Below are positions 9,605 to 18,969 of a stretch of 49,873 nt of DNA, in pieces. How positions within the stretch are numbered: the first letter of the stretch is position 1; each line of letters opens with the position of its first letter. The DNA is from Planctomycetota bacterium. GTDB taxonomy: Bacteria; Planctomycetota; SZUA-567; H5-PLA8. The stretch is from assembly GCA_038227875.1 (NCBI GenBank), contig JBBRPR010000061.1, positions 1 through 49,873 on the forward strand, given 5' to 3'. A program made the translations under genes and the position numbers. The notes below the pieces were generated by a model. That model was not told the DNA's origin and did not search any database. It saw only the letters and a program-made list of their open reading frames with translations.

Positions 9605-12052
9605 TCAGAAATCACCCGCCGGAGATTTGGGAACGACCGGGCCTTGAAATTCGGCCTCGGCCTTCCGATACCAGTCTTTATATTTGGAAACGATCTCCGA
9701 TTTCTTCTCCGCGGTGTCGTTTTCCTGAAACGACCCCAGGTTTAGAAGTGCATTGAGTCCCCACACGACATGCGTCTGGTTCCACTCGCCAGTGGCATCA
9801 ATATTTTTCATCAAGAATGGAATCGCGGATCGGTCGCCGATATCACCGATAATGGTAAAGGCGATCTGGTGCATTTTGATGGATTTATCGACCGCGATTC
9901 TCTTTAGTTCGGGGAGAGCTGCTACGCCACGTCCGACCAGGCGTTTATAATCGTCATCGTTACTGGACATTTGCGACTTGGAAACGAAGGCCATGAAAGC
10001 CTCGTAAATGGCCATGTCCGTCGCGTTCCTGCCTTCGTCCTCAATCATTTCACCTGTCCTCAGATTCAGAGTGATTTTTTGTCGTGTGCCGTTGAAGTTG
10101 CTTTCACGCGCATAAGTGCCGTTGGGAACCTTCGCACGCAACGCCACCCATTCGACGCTGACGGTGATCTCGCCAGCCTCATCATTTGTTTCGTCTCGCA
10201 GATCAAGCGGTACCAGGAGAGTCGGAAAAAAGGGAATGTTCTTGATGCGTTCGCCCGTGTCACGCCACAATTCCACGACGAGCGTGGCGTGAGTGCCACT
10301 CCAGCGCACCTCTCGCAGGGTCATGTATTCATCGGAATTGACTCGAGGACCCACAATTGATGCATAGACGGGCTGCCCTTTTTTCGCCGGCCCCAGCACG
10401 GGCAAATTCTTTAATTCCCAGAATGTCGTCTTCGCCCAGGCACTGAAGTCGAAGGCACCGACTGACAGACCCACTTTCGGAAATGGGTTGTTCCCGAAGC
10501 CGGGATAAACCGGATACGCCAACCTGGCCGGCAGTTGGCGGCGCGTGTCTTTGGCTTCAGCGGGAAGCGCGGCGGACTTCCATTCCAGCACAGACTCCAC
10601 CGGTTCAGTGGCTCCTTCGGCAACGTTGAATGCCACCGAAGCAGAAGTCACCGAATCCCATTGGTAACGGGCATGAAGTTGTCCGCGTTCATTAAACACG
10701 CGGCGTTCGAGCTGCAATTCGTATGCGCCGGCTGCCAGCGTCCCCAGCTCAAGCACGTGACAGCGATTTACGGGAACGTTGTGATTAAAGATGCCGTTGG
10801 GGCTGCGCCACTCCTCCACGACCAAATGGAACGTGTTCCCCTGCCGCGACAACGTGACCGGTCCACCGGCGCGGTCGTCACCGTTGACGAGGCTTTCGAG
10901 CAGCACGAGCACCGGGCGGCCGGTCGCTGGAGCGGTCAGTTTTCCGTATGGGAGATCATCGGCCAATTTTCGATCCTTTGGCGTGATGATGCCGAGCGGT
11001 ACATCGGCGGGATGACGGATTAGCGGCTTGGTTGCGGCACCGTCGTAGTAAGCGGTTTCAATTAATTTTGCATCCGCAGACACAGAAACGAGCGTAACGC
11101 TGTCCGCTTTTCGATTCGCCGCATCCCGGCACGAAGCCGAAAGTACATTCAGCCAAATGCGGTCGCCAGCATCTTTCGCCGTTACCGGCGCGACAGGCGT
11201 GGGGACCGGAGCCGACACGACGGGCAAGTCGCCATCGGCCCGTGTCTCCACGATTCGATTTCCGCCGTGCAGCACTGCGATCGTAACAATTCCGGCCGCG
11301 ATCAGTAAAACCGCAGCTGTGATGGCAACTTTCATCGACATCGCGGCAGTTGTCGCGGCAACCGCGCCTTTCGCGCCAGCGCCGGTAATCATCGTTTTGA
11401 ACGACGCAGTCAACGCGATCGGAGCAGCAGGCAAACTGGCCGAAGCCAGCAGTTCAGGGACGACAACAGCCGTAAAACCCGCTGCCGCCAGCGTCTGGCG
11501 CACCTGATCGATACCCAGGCTGGCGCGCTTGCGTACAGTGTCATCCGGAAGTGACAATGCGTGCCCGATCTCCTTGAAGGGAATTCCTTCGAGGTGATGA
11601 AGCCAGACCGGCAGCCGGTAGTCTTTCGGCAGCGCTTTGACCGCGTTCACTGCTGCGGAAATCGTTTCGGTTTTCTGATCGTCCGGCGCGTACGTCGACG
11701 CGGGATCAATCCCCGAGGCGTCCTGCCGTTTGCGACGGCGCGCTTCCGCTTTCAATTTGTCCCGGCCTTCATGCACGACGGTTTTCATGATCCACCCGCG
11801 AACGTTTTGAATGTCTTTGTTCTTATCGACAAGAAACTGCATGAATGAGGCTTGGACAGCGTCCTCCGCGTCCGCGGTGTTCCCGATTTCAGCCAGCGCG
11901 ACGCGGTAGGCGAGATGCGCGTGGCGCAGAAACAGGGCCTCCACCGCAGCGTGGTCGCCGCGCTGGAAGTACCGCGACGCCAGTTCGGCATCCGAAAGTG
12001 TTCCAACGTCTATGGATTCCATGACTAACGAGGGTAGCTCCAGCGCAGGCAT
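9605..12052 (-). CDS. ECF sigma-70 factor fused to TM helix and extracytoplasmic domains (ECF-1)
   Basis: Sigma2 (DAEDAVQASF, GWI), sigma4 (LPKDYRLPVWLHHLEG..EIGHALSLP..TV), TM ITAAVLLIAAGIVTIAVL, internal duplicated domain, HEAT-like end; GGAGG RBS. Confidence 0.9.
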   Translation of the reverse strand: MPALELPSLVMESIDVGTLSDAELASRYFQRGDHAAVEALFLRHAHLAYRVALAEIGNTADAEDAVQASFMQFLVDKNKDIQNVRGWIMKTVVHEGRDKLKAEARRRKRQDASGIDPASTYAPDDQKTETISAAVNAVKALPKDYRLPVWLHHLEGIPFKEIGHALSLPDDTVRKRASLGIDQVRQTLAAAGFTAVVVPELLASASLPAAPIALTASFKTMITGAGAKGAVAATTAAMSMKVAITAAVLLIAAGIVTIAVLHGGNRIVETRADGDLPVVSAPVPTPVAPVTAKDAGDRIWLNVLSASCRDAANRKADSVTLVSVSADAKLIETAYYDGAATKPLIRHPADVPLGIITPKDRKLADDLPYGKLTAPATGRPVLVLLESLVNGDDRAGGPVTLSRQGNTFHLVVEEWRSPNGIFNHNVPVNRCHVLELGTLAAGAYELQLERRVFNERGQLHARYQWDSVTSASVAFNVAEGATEPVESVLEWKSAALPAEAKDTRRQLPARLAYPVYPGFGNNPFPKVGLSVGAFDFSAWAKTTFWELKNLPVLGPAKKGQPVYASIVGPRVNSDEYMTLREVRWSGTHATLVVELWRDTGERIKNIPFFPTLLVPLDLRDETNDEAGEITVSVEWVALRAKVPNGTYARESNFNGTRQKITLNLRTGEMIEDEGRNATDMAIYEAFMAFVSKSQMSSNDDDYKRLVGRGVAALPELKRIAVDKSIKMHQIAFTIIGDIGDRSAIPFLMKNIDATGEWNQTHVVWGLNALLNLGSFQENDTAEKKSEIVSKYKDWYRKAEAEFQGPVVPKSPAGDF

Positions 12053-12191
12053 GTTCAAGACCTCCTGATATCAGGCGACGCGGGCGGGGGCGTTGTGAAC
12101 AAATCTGGCAGGAATTTTGAGGAAAGATTTTAGAGTAAGCAGGTTAGAATTTTATACGTTGCTATCAGCCTGTCGATATTGAAAGGAACGT

Positions 12192-12635
12192 ATGGGCTTG
12201 GCCGCCTTGTTTTCAATTGCAGCCATTATTTTACATTGGCACCTGAACCGCCAGCGCAACCTGCGCGAGGCGTCCGCTGAAGAGGAATTGATTCGAAGAA
12301 ATCGAAGCTGGTTCGCCCAAACCGGCAAATACATGGTCGAGATTCATTTTCTCGCTAAGGACTGGCCGGAGAAGTATCCGGATCGACTTTCGTTCGAAGA
12401 TGAATTCGATCACATTTTATTCGAGGGGGAGAATCCGGACACTTCCTGGTTGAGTTGGATCGGCAGCGGAACTGGATTAGGTTTCGTCGATATCACCTAC
12501 GAAACAACGGATCCCGCACGATTTCTCGTCGTTGCCCGACAAGGACTCCAGCAGTTGGAAATGCCGTCGTCGACAAAAATTCTGATTTCAGATGCCGGCG
12601 GAAATTGGTCGGAACACAAAGTGTACGACTCGTGA
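12192..12635 (+). CDS. Hypothetical protein with N-terminal membrane anchor
   Basis: ORF fills the gap; hydrophobic N-terminus. Confidence 0.6.
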   Translation: MGLAALFSIAAIILHWHLNRQRNLREASAEEELIRRNRSWFAQTGKYMVEIHFLAKDWPEKYPDRLSFEDEFDHILFEGENPDTSWLSWIGSGTGLGFVDITYETTDPARFLVVARQGLQQLEMPSSTKILISDAGGNWSEHKVYDS

Positions 12636-12755
12636 CGATAAATCCGGCGCGCCACATCTCCCGCATTTAACAACACACATTGGCACACATAATTTCTCTC
12701 CGGCGTCATTCACTTCCGCCGTGGTGTACAAGGTTTTTAGGCGTGAGGGCGAGCG

Positions 12756-13457
12756 ATGCGATTATCCATAGCAATACTTTTGGCAACGATCACGGTCTGC
12801 GGCCTCGGCCGCGCCGAAGAACTGGCCAGCGACAAAGTGATCGCCATGGCCGGCGAATTGATCCAGAAGGGGGACACGGCCGCCGCGTTTCAGATGTATC
12901 GCAGTTCGCTGCAGGCCAAGGACTCCATTGACGTGCGCCGCGCATACGGTGCGGCTTGTTACAAGCTTGCGTTGGAGTCCCGCGCCAAGCTGGAACCGCA
13001 GATCGAGCCCAAAAAAGCCGCGTTACAGGCGGCCACGGAAAAGGCCTACAAGAAAGTTTCAGTCGCCAAGAATGCCAACGCGACCACCTCCACTCGAAAC
13101 GGACACGTCAGCGCCTCAAGCCCCGGTGCCTCGGATTATACCGTTTTCGATCCCACCTACCCGCCCATGCTGAAGGCGCAACATGAACTGGAAGAACTTC
13201 AACGCGAGCTCGACAAAGGCAATGCGTTGCTCACCGAAGGAATTACGCAGTTCCGCGCCGTCCTGCGCCTGAACAAAAATTCGGACGTGAACGCCACCGC
13301 GCACATCGCGCTGTGTTCCGCGGCGCATCCAATGTTGAAGGGCCAGGGCAAAATTCTGCTTCACGATTTCATCGTCAAATACGCTTCTCCGGCAAACCCG
13401 GACGAGAAGGCTTGTTTGGACGAGTGCTCGAAGGCGTATGAGGCGATGCTGAAATAG
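12756..13457 (+). CDS. Secreted helical hypothetical protein
   Basis: Signal peptide ..GRA-EELA; GAGGG RBS; coiled-coil/TPR-like composition. Confidence 0.75.
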   Translation: MRLSIAILLATITVCGLGRAEELASDKVIAMAGELIQKGDTAAAFQMYRSSLQAKDSIDVRRAYGAACYKLALESRAKLEPQIEPKKAALQAATEKAYKKVSVAKNANATTSTRNGHVSASSPGASDYTVFDPTYPPMLKAQHELEELQRELDKGNALLTEGITQFRAVLRLNKNSDVNATAHIALCSAAHPMLKGQGKILLHDFIVKYASPANPDEKACLDECSKAYEAMLK

Positions 13458-13458
13458 T

Positions 13459-15210
13459 TCAGCGCGAGATCGTCAGCGTCACCGGTTCGCCCGCTTTAAG
13501 CGCGACCTTCTCGACAGTGACCAGACCGTGCTCGTCGGCTTTGACCGTGCCGTTCGCGCCGCCGGAACTGCTCCATTTCAGCGTCTCGCCGGCAGCGGCC
13601 TTGAATTTCTGGCAACGGCGCGGCGTCACGTCAACGGTCATCTCATCTTTCGCCAGTTCGTTGCTGATCTTGACGGACCACTTGGATTCTTCGTCGGCGA
13701 TCTCGCTCCAGTGAAAGCCGAGGTTGATGCCGCCGATCAAGTCGCCGTCCTTGGGATCGCCGTTGCCGAGGTTGTTGTCGATCGAGCTGTTTCCGAACGC
13801 CGGGTAGCTGACATTTTTGGCGAAGAGCGCCGCGGGATAAAACTTCTGCACCTGGCTCATCGGCTCGGTGCCGGTGCTGTGGTCGCCGTTATTCCATGCA
13901 AAGGCGAAACCGTGATGCGACCGGGTCATCGCCTTGACCATCTCGATCTGCTCCTTCCACGTCGCGAATCCATCGTTGCGGCCGCAACACCAGCCGTAAA
14001 ACGGCAGGTCCGTAAATGTTTCCGTGGCGAATTTGACTGAATTCATACGCTCGTAGTAATCCGTCTGGCCATCGGCCATGAGTACCTTCTGATCCTTGCC
14101 GGGAGCCTGAACCAGAGCCGGCAGCCCGCGCTGAATCGTGCGTGGACGATTCGGGTAGACCGCCGCGAAGAACTGCGGCCGTCGGAATCCAAAACTGGTC
14201 GAACCCCAGGCGCCCATCGAACCGCCGGAACAATTCACACGCAAGGGATCGACCGCGTATTTCTTGATCACCCAATCGACAATGAATTCAAGCCGCTTCT
14301 CCGTGAACGGATACGCGCGCGCCTCCTTGTGTGTTGCTCCTTGCGGCACGCAGTAGTAGCCGAACCAGTACGTTTCCATCGCCTGTTTGCCATTGGGATT
14401 TTCAATGCAATCGCGATTTTCGAGCACCAGCACGTTGTCTTTGGGGTCGTGATTTTCCTTCACGGAAAAAACGCCGGGCAGCCCATCGCGCCAGCCCATC
14501 TCGGCTGTGGCGAAGTAGAGGTAGTAGTCGCCGTATTCGCCAGCCCCCCCGCCCTGCCCCTGGCTGGCATGCAGCGTAACGGCCAGTGGCAGACCTTGCT
14601 TTCCCGACAGGCAGGTCTGCGGCGAATACACACCGCGCGATTTTGAGTCGTAAAGTTTGATGGGCTGAATCGGCGCGACCTTTTCCGCAACGGCCGCGGT
14701 CGTTGCGCTCTCGCCGGGAACGACGGCGCTCAGCGGCGCATACTTTTCATCAGTGGCGACGACGGCGTAGTAGGCCTCGCCGTCCTTCACGACCGTGTGT
14801 ACCGCCAACCCACTCCACGGTGGCAGCGCGTGTCCACCCTCCTCAACGATGGCGTACGGTTTCTGCGGATCGACGCGGTCTTTGGGATAAAACGCCAAGC
14901 CAAACAGCTTGGCCGAGTTGTTCAGCACGCCGTTATAGCAGCACTCCGCCTGTGCCAGATTCGCCTGCGTAATCGGCGTCGCCGAGCGATAGAGCGAGTA
15001 CCGCAGCTTCGCGCCCTCCTCACCTTCGGCGGCGTCTTTCCAGGTGACGAAGGTCTGGCCGTTGCGATAAACGGCTTGGATACCCGTAACTTTCACGTCG
15101 GCAGCGAAGGTGGATTGAACCATCAGGATACAAGCCAGAATGAAGCCGAGCTTCGCCACGTTCATCTCCTTAAGTTTGGGCGGTGTCATTGCGGAGTCCA
15201 CTGTACTCAT
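13459..15210 (-). CDS. Secreted alpha/beta-hydrolase-fold protein (esterase/peptidase-like)
   Basis: Signal peptide ..TFA-ADVK; nucleophile elbow GGSMGAWG; GRNDG and GDH candidate Asp/His. Start may be a later ATG. Confidence 0.75.
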   Translation of the reverse strand: MSTVDSAMTPPKLKEMNVAKLGFILACILMVQSTFAADVKVTGIQAVYRNGQTFVTWKDAAEGEEGAKLRYSLYRSATPITQANLAQAECCYNGVLNNSAKLFGLAFYPKDRVDPQKPYAIVEEGGHALPPWSGLAVHTVVKDGEAYYAVVATDEKYAPLSAVVPGESATTAAVAEKVAPIQPIKLYDSKSRGVYSPQTCLSGKQGLPLAVTLHASQGQGGGAGEYGDYYLYFATAEMGWRDGLPGVFSVKENHDPKDNVLVLENRDCIENPNGKQAMETYWFGYYCVPQGATHKEARAYPFTEKRLEFIVDWVIKKYAVDPLRVNCSGGSMGAWGSTSFGFRRPQFFAAVYPNRPRTIQRGLPALVQAPGKDQKVLMADGQTDYYERMNSVKFATETFTDLPFYGWCCGRNDGFATWKEQIEMVKAMTRSHHGFAFAWNNGDHSTGTEPMSQVQKFYPAALFAKNVSYPAFGNSSIDNNLGNGDPKDGDLIGGINLGFHWSEIADEESKWSVKISNELAKDEMTVDVTPRRCQKFKAAAGETLKWSSSGGANGTVKADEHGLVTVEKVALKAGEPVTLTISR

Positions 15211-15298
15211 GGTTAACCCGCAGCCATATACTCGACGGCGGAAAAATGGCGTCGTGGGCTATTCTGTGCGGTTAAATAAGGCGTGCGGTGCGTCTGAC

Positions 15299-15961
15299 TT
15301 ACTTTTCCAATTTCACGTCCAGGTACGCCATGCCCACAAAGCTAACCATATAAAATCCAATCGCACACAACAGGCCCGCCCACCATCGAAATCCATACCC
15401 ATACCAAAGTGCAAACCAGACGATCAGAGCCACGGGCTTGAGAATCCAATACATCCCCGACAACGGAGAAATCGCGAGCGGCATACGGCTCAACAGTTCT
15501 AGGGTGTACTTTCCGTTGCTCTGCATAACCGTCTCGCTCACCATCGTCAGCATCGCTTCAACCGCTTGCCGATCGGCGTTCTTCGCGGTCAGCAATTGGG
15601 CCACCGCCTGTTCGCACGTTAGCTCACCCTTCAGGATTTTCGCCGTGACCATCGCGCAATCCGTCGTCTGACCAATGGCCATGTTCGCATAACGCTCATC
15701 AAATCCGATGGTTTGCCGCAGATAGGTGTGGACGCGCTCGCGCGACTCACCGTCCAGCAGTCGCTGGAGCACCTGGCGACAGACGCAAACGATCGTGGGA
15801 ATGATGTAGTCCGGGTGCGACATCCCAATTTGAACGCCCGCCCGGACCGGAAGAAAAAACACGTATTGTCCCGTACGCTCGTCGTCGAGGAGGCGGCTTA
15901 GCTTTCCCACGATTTCTTCCGGTGATGGATTCTTTGCGGCGGAATCGAACATACCCGTCAT
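15299..15961 (-). CDS. Hypothetical protein with two C-terminal TM helices
   Basis: ORF track; hydrophobic C-terminus. Confidence 0.6.
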   Translation of the reverse strand: MTGMFDSAAKNPSPEEIVGKLSRLLDDERTGQYVFFLPVRAGVQIGMSHPDYIIPTIVCVCRQVLQRLLDGESRERVHTYLRQTIGFDERYANMAIGQTTDCAMVTAKILKGELTCEQAVAQLLTAKNADRQAVEAMLTMVSETVMQSNGKYTLELLSRMPLAISPLSGMYWILKPVALIVWFALWYGYGFRWWAGLLCAIGFYMVSFVGMAYLDVKLEK

Positions 15962-15981
15962 CTCTGCCAGGAATATAAGTA

Positions 15982-16038
15982 ACCATCTGGCAAATTTGCC
16001 AGATGGTCAAAAGCCAACATGGGGACAATTGTCCCCAT
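15982..16038. repeat. Pair of perfect palindromes (REP-like or terminator)
   Basis: ACCATCTGGCAAATTTGCCAGATGGT (15982-16007) and ATGGGGACAATTGTCCCCAT (16019-16038). Confidence 0.8.
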
Positions 16039-16055
16039 CCTCCCTCAATCGATTT

Positions 16056-17147
16056 CTACTTCGGCTTCACGGTAGGATGAATCACGCCGTTTTCCACCAT
16101 CGAGACTAGCGCGTTGTCGTTGGCCGTCAGCGGCAGGTCGACTCGGCCGTGGATGCGGCTGGAATGCCACGCGGCGAAAATCAGCTCCGTCCCCTTCAGC
16201 GCGTTGGTGCTGCAAATCTCGCTGTCGGTTCCCGTCCGAAGGCTGTTCACCACGTCGACCACGGCACGCTCGATGTAATTCGGACCGTGGCAGTGTTCGC
16301 CGTCGGTATCGAGGTACTCCCAGTCCTTGCTGCCAAATTTGCGGATGCGCAAATGCTTGTCTTTGGAGACCGGATCGCTGGAACCGATTTCGATAATGCC
16401 CTCGGTGCCGACCGCGCGATGGTGCGCGCCGATCAGGCGGCCGCCGGGTCCGGTGGCGATCATGCCGTACACGCCGTTCTCGTACTCCCACTGAACCAGC
16501 GCCTGATTTTCATTGTGGGTGCCGAAGACGAGCGTCGTGTCGCGGTAGTCGATCTGCGCCAGCACCCACTTGGAGCGCTGTTCGCCATTGAGGAAATTAC
16601 AGAGGTCGAAATTGTGGCTGCCGTAGTCGTAGAGATTACCGACGCCCGACTGAACGCACTGCAGCTTGCCGATCGCGCCGCTGTCGATCAACGCGCGCGC
16701 CATGCGAAACGGCTTGCCGTAACGGCGCTGATGATTGAAGGCGAGCTTGACGTTGTTCTCGACGCAGCGGGCATGCATGGCCTTCGCGTCGCCCCAGGTG
16801 TAGGCCATCGGCTTCTCGCAGAAGATGCCTTTCGGCTTTGCATTCGCCGTTTCGATCACCATTTTAGCATGCAGCGCCGGCCAGGTGCAGATGCTGACGA
16901 GGTCCAGTTTCTCCTTGGCGAGCATCTCGTTGTAATCGGTGTAGATGCCGGTCGCGGGAATCTTGAATTTCTCCGCGTACGCATCGGCATTGTCTTTGAC
17001 GATGTCCGCGCAAGCCACCATTTTGACATCGCCCGCAGGTAGCGCTTCAAACGCGAAGCCATGCTGGTAAGCCATGCCGTAACCCTGAGCGGAAGGGCTC
17101 TTGTAATTTTTCCCGGTGCCAATGATACCAATGCGAAGCTCAGACAT
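16056..17147 (-). CDS. Gfo/Idh/MocA family oxidoreductase
   Basis: LRIGIIGTG Rossmann start, CEKPMA, NHQRRY, DYGSH; AAGGAG RBS before ATG 17147. Confidence 0.92.
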   Translation of the reverse strand: MSELRIGIIGTGKNYKSPSAQGYGMAYQHGFAFEALPAGDVKMVACADIVKDNADAYAEKFKIPATGIYTDYNEMLAKEKLDLVSICTWPALHAKMVIETANAKPKGIFCEKPMAYTWGDAKAMHARCVENNVKLAFNHQRRYGKPFRMARALIDSGAIGKLQCVQSGVGNLYDYGSHNFDLCNFLNGEQRSKWVLAQIDYRDTTLVFGTHNENQALVQWEYENGVYGMIATGPGGRLIGAHHRAVGTEGIIEIGSSDPVSKDKHLRIRKFGSKDWEYLDTDGEHCHGPNYIERAVVDVVNSLRTGTDSEICSTNALKGTELIFAAWHSSRIHGRVDLPLTANDNALVSMVENGVIHPTVKPK

Positions 17148-17213
17148 GCGTCGTCTCCTTGAGGAAGTGTGCTGAAAGCATAAGCTCGGGGAGGTGCAGG
17201 ACAATCGCGAATT
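17128..17213. repeat. 86-bp direct repeat copy B (promoter, RBS and first codons of the oxidoreductase)
   Basis: Matches 18176-18262 with one substitution and one 1-bp indel. Confidence 0.95.
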
Positions 17214-17251
17214 GCTGAGGCCAAGTCCCCACGCATCATTGATCTATCGAC

Positions 17252-18160
17252 TTACTTCCAACCTTCGCTGTTTGAAAACGACTCAAAATCGCAACCGGTC
17301 AAAAAGTCGTACTCGTTCCCAGTTTTTCGCTCATATGCTCTTGGTGCGAGATAGAGAAGCGCTTCAAACTCGATATCCTTTGGCATCTTCTCAGGATCGT
17401 TTATCGCTGCTTCATAGAACCGTTGACCATTCGCAACTACCGCACACCTTGCGTAAAGAAATCCATCGGATGAAACATAATCCTTCTTTTCGTCATACGC
17501 GTATTTCCCGATACATTTTGCGTGTGCCTTCGTGTCAATTTGATACAGCAAAAACGCCAATCGCTCCGCGAACATTTTAATCTGACAGACAGGCAATTTC
17601 GAAAGAGCGATGACTGCCGGCTCCAAAACCTTTTCGTCGTTCCCTTGTTGTCGCCAATCGAATAGCCTTATTACCCTCCAGAAAGCCTCCACCTCCATCA
17701 TCATTTTGGGCTTTTGCGGAAGGCGCCTGCGTCGCGCGAACTCTTTCTCCTGTTTTTCAACCTCAGCTTCAAATGCCGGACGGTCATAAAGCCATCGCCA
17801 TTCCAAAAATGCCTCATTCCCACACTTTTCAGCCCAATTGCCTCCAAAGCTATTGCATTCAATTCCTATCTCGGAGTTCGTAAGGGGGATATTGCCCAAG
17901 AACGCAATATTCGCTGGAGGGTGGCCTCTAATCCATACGATCGCGGGTGCGTTCTTATAGAAAAACCGATTTTGGTGCTGGACTAGCCGAAGCAATGGGT
18001 CGTCGAGTGAAGGCAGGATCGGTTCAAGGTATTGCGAAGTATAGATGAGTGTCGACTTGTCAATCGTTCTTAGCGCGCGAACTGCTCCATAACGTCCATC
18101 CTTTTGTCGAACTGCAAACACGTCACCGGGATTCGCGTGTGGCCTCTTTGGTTTTGACAT
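17252..18160 (-). CDS. DUF4240 domain protein
   Basis: C-terminal FWRVI...SSDGFLYARCAVVANG..FY...FEALLY motif; N-terminal GDVFAV..DGRYG resembles immunity-protein starts; visibly lower GC than flanks. Confidence 0.8.
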   Translation of the reverse strand: MSKPKRPHANPGDVFAVRQKDGRYGAVRALRTIDKSTLIYTSQYLEPILPSLDDPLLRLVQHQNRFFYKNAPAIVWIRGHPPANIAFLGNIPLTNSEIGIECNSFGGNWAEKCGNEAFLEWRWLYDRPAFEAEVEKQEKEFARRRRLPQKPKMMMEVEAFWRVIRLFDWRQQGNDEKVLEPAVIALSKLPVCQIKMFAERLAFLLYQIDTKAHAKCIGKYAYDEKKDYVSSDGFLYARCAVVANGQRFYEAAINDPEKMPKDIEFEALLYLAPRAYERKTGNEYDFLTGCDFESFSNSEGWK

Positions 18161-18175
18161 AGTCAATAACCAAGT

Positions 18176-18262
18176 CCAATGCGAAGCTCAGACATTGCGT
18201 CGTTTCCTTGAGGAAGTGTGCTGAAAGCATAAGCTCGGGGAGGTGCAGGACAATCGCGAATT
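18176..18262. repeat. 87-bp direct repeat copy A
   Basis: Duplicate of 17128-17213; on the minus strand it begins MSELRIGLGY* directly before the DUF4240 ATG. Confidence 0.95.
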
Positions 18263-18294
18263 TGCGCACCGATGCGGGCCACGGAGCAGTTACG

Positions 18295-18828
18295 ATGTCA
18301 ATCCAGAGTCGACAACGAAAACTATTGCCGTCACTCGTCGCGGAAATCCGCGCTGTGGATTCGCTCTGCGGAATTGTGCTCCAAGGGAGCGTTAGAAACC
18401 ACGTTGAACGTCCGGAGTCGGACATCGACCTGACCGTTGTGCTATCTGAGAACGACGCGACGGAGCAGATCTACAACCGCCTGATCACGCGCAAAAACAA
18501 CGGTGAAATGATCCGGGTTCTCGACGCGAATTCCCAAATCAACATCGACATCAACTGGTTTGTGGCTTCCAGATTGAAAGCGCAATTTGAAACCAAAGGC
18601 GCGAAGCATTTCTTCATCTTCACCTACGGCGAAATCCTGCACGATCCTGCGGGCCTGGCTGAAGACTGCCAGAAGGCAGGCCGGGTCTATTTTGACGCTC
18701 ATCCCGCGGTCGCTGACGCGTGGCGCAAACAGAATGAAGCACTACAGCGTCACAAACATGACCCCTCGTATCAGTTGGAATATCCGAGATGGCCGGATTT
18801 CGGAAAGCACCTTGCGCGTATTGATTAA
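18295..18828 (+). CDS. Nucleotidyltransferase-domain protein (Pol beta superfamily)
   Basis: LQGS.......ESDIDL motif, IDI, GEILHDP; GGAG RBS before ATG 18295. Confidence 0.8.
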   Translation: MSIQSRQRKLLPSLVAEIRAVDSLCGIVLQGSVRNHVERPESDIDLTVVLSENDATEQIYNRLITRKNNGEMIRVLDANSQINIDINWFVASRLKAQFETKGAKHFFIFTYGEILHDPAGLAEDCQKAGRVYFDAHPAVADAWRKQNEALQRHKHDPSYQLEYPRWPDFGKHLARID

Positions 18829-18969
18829 CCGCAGCAAATCGACCAATTTCTCGTAAATTCTTTGTCACGTCTCCACCTCGGCTTCGGATTACGCATGAGG
18901 TCGATGCAGTTGGGTCGGCGGAGTCCTTCTGACACGCCGATCGACCCGGGCTAACGGGAAACAATTTCC

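Noticed and set aside
18295..18828. MNT-HEPN toxin-antitoxin pair
   Set aside because: No HEPN partner adjacent.
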